DNA of 28,991 nucleotides, taken from positions 1-28,991 of the IMG/VR virus record IMGVR_UViG_3300011334_000366. The stretch is one strand, 5' to 3'. Positions within the stretch are counted from its first letter, which is position 1. The number at the start of each line of letters is the position of its first letter. The notes beneath the pieces were generated by a model, which was given only the letters and a program-made list of their open reading frames with translations, was not told the DNA's origin and made no database searches. Origin of the DNA: a virus. Taxonomy: Duplodnaviria; Caudoviricetes. Positions 6,279-14,000 of this stretch are shown piece by piece. The translations under genes and the position numbers were made by a program.

Positions 6279-6443
6279 TTAGTTAGATTCGCAAACAGAG
6301 TTATCGTCAGGGATAAGTTCTAGCACTTTCGCCTTCACGACTTCGCCAGTGGCTTCGATGACGATCATATTGCCAGTCTGAGCAGCAGCTCCAAAGGCTT
6401 CACAGAGCTTCAAGATTTCAGAGCGGATGTCGGATGGATTCAT
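6279..6443 (-). CDS. Hypothetical protein (54 aa)
   Basis: Not in the ORF track: MNPSDIRSEILKLCEAFGAAAQTGNMIVIEATGEVVKAKVLELIPDDNSVCESN. ATGA-coupled and fills the gap exactly. Confidence 0.65.
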   Translation of the reverse strand: MNPSDIRSEILKLCEAFGAAAQTGNMIVIEATGEVVKAKVLELIPDDNSVCESN

Positions 6444-6691
6444 GGCAGTTGCGCTTCGATTTGTGCGATGAGTGCCTGGCGTTCAGCGTAGGTCAAAGAA
6501 GCGGCAGCAGTTCCTATGCGAGCAACCTCTGCGTCGAATAGTGCTTTTACTTCACTGTTAATTATACCGTTCAGAATAACAGCAAGGTATTCAGATTCGG
6601 TATGGTTCTGCTTTGTTGATTCGTTGTAACGAGCCAGCATTCCATCAAGTGCATTTTGATATTCAGAGTCTAGTGTTAATGGGATATTCAT
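6440..6691 (-). CDS. Hypothetical protein (83 aa), possible tail fibre chaperone
   Basis: Helical acidic protein directly downstream of the tail fibre. Start set at ATG 6691. Confidence 0.6.
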   Translation of the reverse strand: MNIPLTLDSEYQNALDGMLARYNESTKQNHTESEYLAVILNGIINSEVKALFDAEVARIGTAAASLTYAERQALIAQIEAQLP

Positions 6692-6695
6692 GGTA

Positions 6696-7661
6696 TTAAG
6701 CGACAATAGTTAAAATTCCTGCGTTGCTGTAAACGTCACCAGAGGAAAGACCTGCTGACGATGTTGGGATGCCTGCAATATTGATCACCTTGCGAGCAGC
6801 TACGACGGTAAGCACCGTGTTGAGCGTTCCAATAGCTGTTCCGCTTGTGCCGTTGGTTCCGTAAACCCCAAGTCGAAGATCACCTCCAGTGCCTGTTCCA
6901 GTGCTTCTTGATCCTGCAATCGTGAGTGTATTGGTTGGACTGTTATTTGTGTCCGTTCCAACACGACCACCACCTGCTGCAAGTGTTTGGCTTATCCATC
7001 CAGAAGCTGCGGAAGCTCCAATCTGAAGAGATGCTGCGGCTGATCTAGAAAGAAAAGCATCGCACGCTCCACTGGCATTGGTTGTGCTGCCAAAAGCTAA
7101 GGAAGAAGATGAATTAATAGCTAATCCAAATCCTCCGCAATAAACTGAATTGCTGTAGGCTAAAAGAGTGCCAGTAATAATGCAATCGCCAGGCATTGTT
7201 ACTTTACCACTCGCAACGCTCCCAGTGCCGCCTTTGAGGATCAAATCTGCGCCTGTTCCAGTAGTGACATCGTGCGCTTTAATTGTTTGATTTGTCGCTG
7301 TCGTGGCATGGTTAGCGCCAAGCTGGAGAGATGCAGCAGCAGCACGGTAAAGCATAAGATCAGCGGTGCTACCAGCAGCAGTTGCACTACTTGACCAACT
7401 CAAGAAATATCCAGAGCGCATTTGTATTCCTGTATTAGAAAGTCCTAAGTGCAGGTAATCGCCAACATTGTCTGCAAGAACGAGCGAGGGATAAATGCCT
7501 GTGTTAATTTTTGAGAAATTATTAACCGTAGTTAAAAATGTTTGAGGGGCCGAGGCTGAAAAAGCAAGTGCACCCGTGAGAGTGCCGCCAGCGAGCGGGA
7601 GCTTTGTCGCGTCTGTTCCGCCACCAGCAGGGCCAAAGACTGAAGTGAATGAGTTGCTCAT
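6696..7661 (-). CDS. Short tail fibre / receptor-binding protein
   Basis: KLPLAGGTLTGAL fibre motif, G/S/T-rich beta repeats, and C-terminal IPTSSAGLSSGDVYSNAGILTIV tip-like motif. Confidence 0.75.
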   Translation of the reverse strand: MSNSFTSVFGPAGGGTDATKLPLAGGTLTGALAFSASAPQTFLTTVNNFSKINTGIYPSLVLADNVGDYLHLGLSNTGIQMRSGYFLSWSSSATAAGSTADLMLYRAAAASLQLGANHATTATNQTIKAHDVTTGTGADLILKGGTGSVASGKVTMPGDCIITGTLLAYSNSVYCGGFGLAINSSSSLAFGSTTNASGACDAFLSRSAAASLQIGASAASGWISQTLAAGGGRVGTDTNNSPTNTLTIAGSRSTGTGTGGDLRLGVYGTNGTSGTAIGTLNTVLTVVAARKVINIAGIPTSSAGLSSGDVYSNAGILTIVA

Positions 7662-7662
7662 A

Positions 7663-7923
7663 TTAGTTGTCAATCACGATGGACACGCCCGTGGTTCCTG
7701 TTGCGCTTTTGATGCTGATTTCTTTAGCGTTAGCCACGACGCTGATACCAACAGAGCCGCTAACTGGAATGGTGATCTCCTTGCTTGCGCCAGAGTCGCC
7801 AGCCATCTCAATAAGGAGCGTTCCAGATGTGCCGTTAAGGATGGAAACGCGAGCTGCGGGAATGTCCGCGAGAGCGACATAGCTAGCGGTTGCTGTTACA
7901 GATCGAAATTGTGAAGCGGCCAT
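7663..7923 (-). CDS. Small beta-rich virion or tail-associated protein
   Basis: 86 aa, beta-strand-like pattern, immediately upstream of the tail fibre. Confidence 0.6.
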   Translation of the reverse strand: MAASQFRSVTATASYVALADIPAARVSILNGTSGTLLIEMAGDSGASKEITIPVSGSVGISVVANAKEISIKSATGTTGVSIVIDN

Positions 7924-7946
7924 AAGTGCTACATGGTGGTATTAAT

Positions 7947-7973
7947 TATCAGATTTGCAACTCATTATTGAGA
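7947..7973. promoter_or_regulatory. Paired TCTCA-N4-TGAGA-type palindromes
   Basis: TATCA-gatt-TGCAA (7947-7960) and ACTCA-ttat-TGAGA (7960-7973) in an AT-rich intergenic gap. Confidence 0.55.
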
Positions 7974-8004
7974 GGGCTGGGTTTCTTTGCTGTGGATAGG
8001 GCGA

Positions 8005-11000
8005 TTACTCGCTCAGACGCTTTTGGATTTTGCGAGCTTCGCGCAACACGTTAGCGCCGACATCGACAGCGCCACCAGCAGGGCCAATGGCGGCAGACAT
8101 GCCAGCGCCTAAAGCCGTAGAAGATGAATCGAGCGCATCCATGAAATCGTCGGCATCGTCTGGATTGAAAAGCTCATCCATGTTCTTGCCGCCTTTAAGC
8201 AGGTCATTTGCAACTTTACTTGCAAGGTCATCGGCTGGAAACACGCGAAGGCCAAGCAATCCACGGCCTATCTTGTCAGCTAGTCGGCCAAACACAAACA
8301 GTCCATTGATGGGGCCGAGAGCAAGCGCAAGCGTCCACTGTTCACGACTGAGTTCGCGATCACGATCTTCATCGTCACCAAGCAGCGAGGCTATTACGAC
8401 CGCCATCACCTGCGACACGCCAGCTTGCACAAAATGAGCCACAAATGCCCGCTGAATATCCAGCGTCTTGTTCTTCGATTTGCCCGTTGCCAGCCTGCGA
8501 ATTGCCATCAGCTCAATTGCCAGCGCCTTCCGTTGGTCAGAGACAAACATCGACATCGACTTCATAAACGGATTGCCAGACCGTTCACTGAGCGACCGAG
8601 CGTAAACGTCGGAAGGTTGCGCTGAGGTAGCGATCATTTTCTCTACTCGTGCAATGGCTTTGGCATCAGCGATCTCTGGCGTCATTTGCGAATTGTCGCG
8701 CATGTATCCACGACGGTAGTAGTCAAACGAAATGGCAGCACCTAACGCCGTCCATCCGCCGTCAACCATACTCATCGGCATCATGCCCGCTTGCATGGCA
8801 ACGATGGCTTGCGAGCCTGTCATGCCTGCGCCCTGCATTGCCACGCGAGATTCAGCCGAGAATCCTGCTTCAATGCGGCGTCTAATGATGTCAGATGACC
8901 ACATTGCCGAGACTTCCTTGGCAAACGACTGCGGCTCTATAAATGCGCGAGCCATGCCCATCATGTAGTTATGAGCAGGCACGTCAGCAATCAGCGGATT
9001 TAACAGCGCCGGTGTCTGCTTAATGATAGGCGAAAGGCGGAAGGCCAAGCCTTTGTATGAGCGGTATTGCATGAACCAGCGCCAGACTCGCGAGATGTTT
9101 ACAAGCTCGCTGGCTGAGTTCGTGCCGTTTTTCTCAATTGTTTTGACGTCATCTTTTAGCCTTTGCAGATAGCCCTCACTTTTCTTTTGGCGAATAGCAA
9201 CTGCGGTGTCCTTGTCCAGCAAGATAGCCTTCATGTCGCGCATGAGTTCAGCGTGCGAAACCCAGTGCGATACATTTTCCCAATGCGCCAGGAACACGGC
9301 TAGCGCGTCCATCTCAACAAGTGAAGCCGTCGTGTTGACGCGAGCCTTTACAAAGCCAGCAGCAAGTCCACTGTTCATGTCAGAGCCATCAATATCCATA
9401 ATGTCTCCGCCCGTGCTCATATTGCGCCGATGGATTGGCGAATAGTTCTTAATGCGTGGGAGTGGTGCGTTAAAGAGCTTGCGGTAAATTGGATCAATCA
9501 TGCCAGCCGCATCTTGATAGCTGCCAGAAATCCAGCGGCCCAAAGCCTTAGCCTCTGGCGATAGGAATTCTTCAAGCTGTTTGAAGCTATCGGCATCCCA
9601 ACCGTCGCGCTCCATTTGTTTACGGCTAGCATCCTGCATCGACCAGAGCCACCATTGAATACCTTGCGTCTCGCTCATTGTGCGTTCAACCGGCGTGCCT
9701 GCGTTGACCACCTTTTCAATAGTCACCGTGCTCTTGCGTGCGTTTGCGGCAAACTCTTCAAGCGCTGCATCTACTTCGTATTGCTCAAGCCCTGCCGTCT
9801 CCGCGCTCATAGTGCCGTCATTGAGCTTTGTCAGCGTCTCAATATCGAGCTTCACCTCCTCTTTTTTCACTCGGCGCGTGGAGATTCCAGACTGCTTAAC
9901 CTTTTGCAATTCAGCAATACCGCGAGCGTGAGCAAATTTGCTGTCAGAGTTAAAGATGATCGAAAGCGCATCCTTTTTCTGAGCTTCAACCAGCCGCTTA
10001 ATGTCAGTCGAAAGGTTGGCCGCATTGATAATCTTTTCCGCAAAGTAATTCAGAATCTTAGAGTCTTCGCCAAAGATCAGTTCAAGCCGCTGGATTGTAG
10101 TCCATAGCGCCTCGCTCAACATTCCGCGCAGATTAAGCAGCGCACGCTTAAAGACGCCCTTGTTCAAGTTCGTGATGTTGTCGGCAACGTCAGGATTCAA
10201 CTCGTCACCGGCAAGGATAGACGATTGCGCCGATTGACGCATCTCGGTAAGCATTTCTTTGCGCGCTTCGTCAATGATCTTCTTGCCGAGCTTGCCAGCT
10301 TCGATGGTGTCATTAAGCCAGTTAAAAGCAGACTCGCGGGAAGCTGAGTCTTTGTCGCTATACATGTCAAACAAGCGAGCGATGCCAAGTTTCGTTAGCG
10401 CATCCTGCACCTCGTTGGCGTCTTCTGATTCCTCAGCCTTCTTCTCAAGCGCGGCCTGCCTGTCGGATTGCTCTTCGATGCCCAGCTTAATGAACTCGGC
10501 AGCGTAATCGACCTGCTCCGTAGCTGTGGAGATGATCTTTCCAGTGATGCGCCCGCTTGCGTCCTTCTGCGATTTGAAGCGCTTTAGAAGCTTGTCGGTA
10601 GCCTCGCCATACTGATCCTTGAGATGCTTCTCCAGCAACACCTGGCCGCGCTCAAGCTGCTTCTGCAGCACCTTCAACCGTGCCGACTCCGATGCCTTGC
10701 GAGCCAGCGCAACAAATCCGCCGATCTTTCCACGGATCTCCTGCGGGAACATGGCAATGATAGCTTCCAGGGTAATGAGATCGCGCACCAGCGATTCGCG
10801 CGGCGACCAGTCTTCTTTCTGCATTGCGTCTGTCTCGTTGCGCCATGCTTGCGCTTCTTTACGAGCTTGCTCAAACGCTGCTCTTTCAACAGCCTTGACC
10901 GCATCTTCAGCCTTAGCATAGCCAGCCTTTGCCGTGCGATGGGATTTAATGGATGACTCCAAAGCCGCCCACATTTCGGAGGCGTAATCAAAGCCGAGAT

Positions 11001-14000
11001 TGTTTGCCATCACGTCAGGCATAATGCCACCAGCCCTTGCGTAAAACTGAGGAGGCAACCATCCAGCATCGTCATACTGATCTTTAATGCCGCGCCCTTC
11101 ACGTTCAGCCGTAGCCTTCGACATGAGCTTCCCGTTGTCGTTGAGCATCCTTGCAATCAACGGGTCATCCTGAAGCGTGCCAACGCCTTCAGAATACGCC
11201 AGCAGCGTTTCAGTCGTGAGCTTATCCATACCCTCATGGGTAAGCTCAACCTCGCGTTGCGCCTGCCGCATAGCCTGCTCCTTGTCCAATGACTTCACCG
11301 TGCGCTTCTCGCTAATCGGCCTGATCTTATTGCCTTGCGGTGTCCAGCGCTCGTTACTCCACTTGTCAGCAAGCTTGGCAAACTGGCGAATTACGCGAGA
11401 TTTGACCTTAAGCGCGCCGACTGGGTTCTCTGCAAACTGCTTCTCTACTTGGTCGCTGAGTTCGTTTAGGTTGCGGACGGGTGAGATACTGAAGGATTGA
11501 CCTGCAAATTCTGGCGTTTCGCCATTTGCCCAACGTGTCAGCAATCCGTTTACTTTGCCCCATTTGCCGCCATTTAACTGCATTGATGAACGGTTTCTAG
11601 CATCGTCCTCAAGGTCAATATAAGCACCGTCAGCAGCCACAACAATAGATTTAAGCACAGACGCTTGAGCCGCCGTAATTTTAGCTCGACTGTGCATTGA
11701 AATCATGCCGCTTCTAGCATCAACACGAACAGCACCAAGGCGAAGAAAACCGACCATGCGTTCCCAATTCTCTTGGTAATCAGGCATATCCTGCCATTCA
11801 ATTTCGCGATGATCAACGCCTCGTTGATCCTTCATCCAATCGCGCCCACTGACAACCCTAAAAACCAAGTCTGGCCCTTGTTTAAAATCTCCAACATCAG
11901 CGCGCCCCGTAAAATCAAGCATCGTTCCATCTGGCAAAACGTAGCCAGCCTCATAAATTGAGCGCGTGATACCATGGCGTTTTTTAACTTCTGCAAAAAT
12001 GTCAGCGGCAGGCTTTCCGTTGATGGATGGAGCAACCTTATTTTCTGGCGTGATGCGCTCTTCTTCTGAGACGCGTGAGATGCTAAACCGAATGTCAGGC
12101 GTTGCCTCGTTAAACCGTTGAGATAGCGGGATGATGTTGCCTGCATCGTCATAGGTTATTGGGTCGGCGGATTTGATTTGGTCTGGCTTAAAGACAGCAT
12201 AATGATTTGATGGCCGATTATTTAGATTAACGGCATCATCTAAATTCTTGAACAAAACGCCAGTTTTTCCAGCACGTTGAGCTTTGAGAAGCTGATTTGT
12301 GATACCCTTATCAGTATCTCCATCACTCAATTCTTGTGGAGTTTTGCCTTTAGCATCAAACTCTAAAAAGTCACCCTTTAGATAAGTGGAAACTACTTTA
12401 GCAGATTCACGGCGTTTAAGAGCAGATTCATAATTGTCTAAGCTTTCAGCCTCTTGTATAGCAGCATCATAACCGTCCCAATCGCCACGCTTTTCAGCCA
12501 ATTCAGCTTTTTTAAGCGCATCTTTTACTGGGCCTTCTTCTGCTGCATAAACTGCATAAGCCTTTGCGGTCGCTTCGTCATCCGTAAAGAAAAAAGCAAT
12601 CTTTGCGCTCTTGGCGTCTGTGCTAGAACCTCCTCTTTTTTTATCAAAGATAGAAAACTCTGCACCAGTTCCGTGATAAAGCTTTGGAGAGTTATAACCA
12701 GCACTCATTGCCAATTGATCAACCAACCTCTGAGCCGTCTCAGTATCACCAGCCTTAGCAGCAGCGAGATACTCAGCGTCTTGCGCGGGCGAGATGGAGA
12801 AGGTCGGGACTGAATCCACCTTCTGCCCATTCTTCTCAAGAATCTTCACAAGGTTCTCGTCGAAGATGACATAGTTGCTCGTGCCATCACCTGCTGCGCG
12901 ACTGCCGCCATCGAGGTAACGGATGCCAGGGATACCGATGGATGCTAAATGTTCAGATGCTGCTTTTGCGATTTCTTCCGGCGTGGCCTTGCCTTGCAAT
13001 CCTTTAACCAGTTTGTAAAAGCCAGCGCCACTTCCATTAGCTTCCTCCAACTGCATTTCTATCGCTGCATCCATGTTAATAGGCGAGCGATTGAAGCCAA
13101 GCCTCACGGCTTCTCTTCGCTGCCTTTCCTCAAGCGCTAAAAGTTTCTCGCGTGTCGTTGTCGCAAGCGTAGCCATTAATTCCGAGGCAGCGTCTCTAAC
13201 CTTCTCGTTCTGCTCTGAAAGCGGCTTGTCCCAATCAAGGAACTCATCCTCGTCTGGCAGTAGCTCGACGGTGTAGAGATTGCCGCCCGTTTCTGTTTTA
13301 ATAAAATTGCCGTAATCTTTTTCTACTTGTCTGGCAAATAATACACTAGGAGTAGGAGGATCCTTGGACATCATGTCGCCATAAGTAGCGCCAAGAAATG
13401 CTTTCCTAACGCTGTCTCCCTGCGATCCGTATTGTGTATTACCCGCTACAGATTCAAGCCTTAACTGAAGCCTCGCTGCTTCATCGTTGTTCGGATAAAG
13501 CTCTGTTAGAGTTTTGCCGTTAAACCCTATGCGAAACTCTTTCTGTAATTTGCCTCTGTAATCATCAGCAACCTTAAAGCTCTTTGCAAAGTAAAGACCC
13601 CAGCCAAAAGCTTGCGCGCCTTCACCTGTGCCAATATTTGCCATGCGAAAGCGATCTATTTCATGCGGCGTGCCGTGGTAGACTTCAATGGAGAACGTAG
13701 TCGGGCCAACGAGTTGCGCCCCGTCTGGCATCTCGGTGACGTTGGATGTGTCAGCAGGTTGTGCGCGGCTTGTGCTAAACGCCATATTCCCAGCATCAAT
13801 CACCGCCTGCGTTTCCTCGTCGATGCCAAGCATTGCCCTGCCCTCATCAATAGCTTGCGACTCCATTTGCTTTACCTCGTCAATGCCGAGGACTTTATTG
13901 ATAAAAGTGTCGTATTCCTCACCGAGCTTGCCCTCGTCGCGAGCTTTGGTGATAGCGTCCACCGTGCCAAATACGCCCTTAAGGTAGGCGGTAAACGCCT

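Noticed and set aside
6696-7661. Diversity-generating retroelement target in the tail fibre
   Set aside because: No reverse transcriptase and no near-identical template/variable repeat pair was seen in the window.
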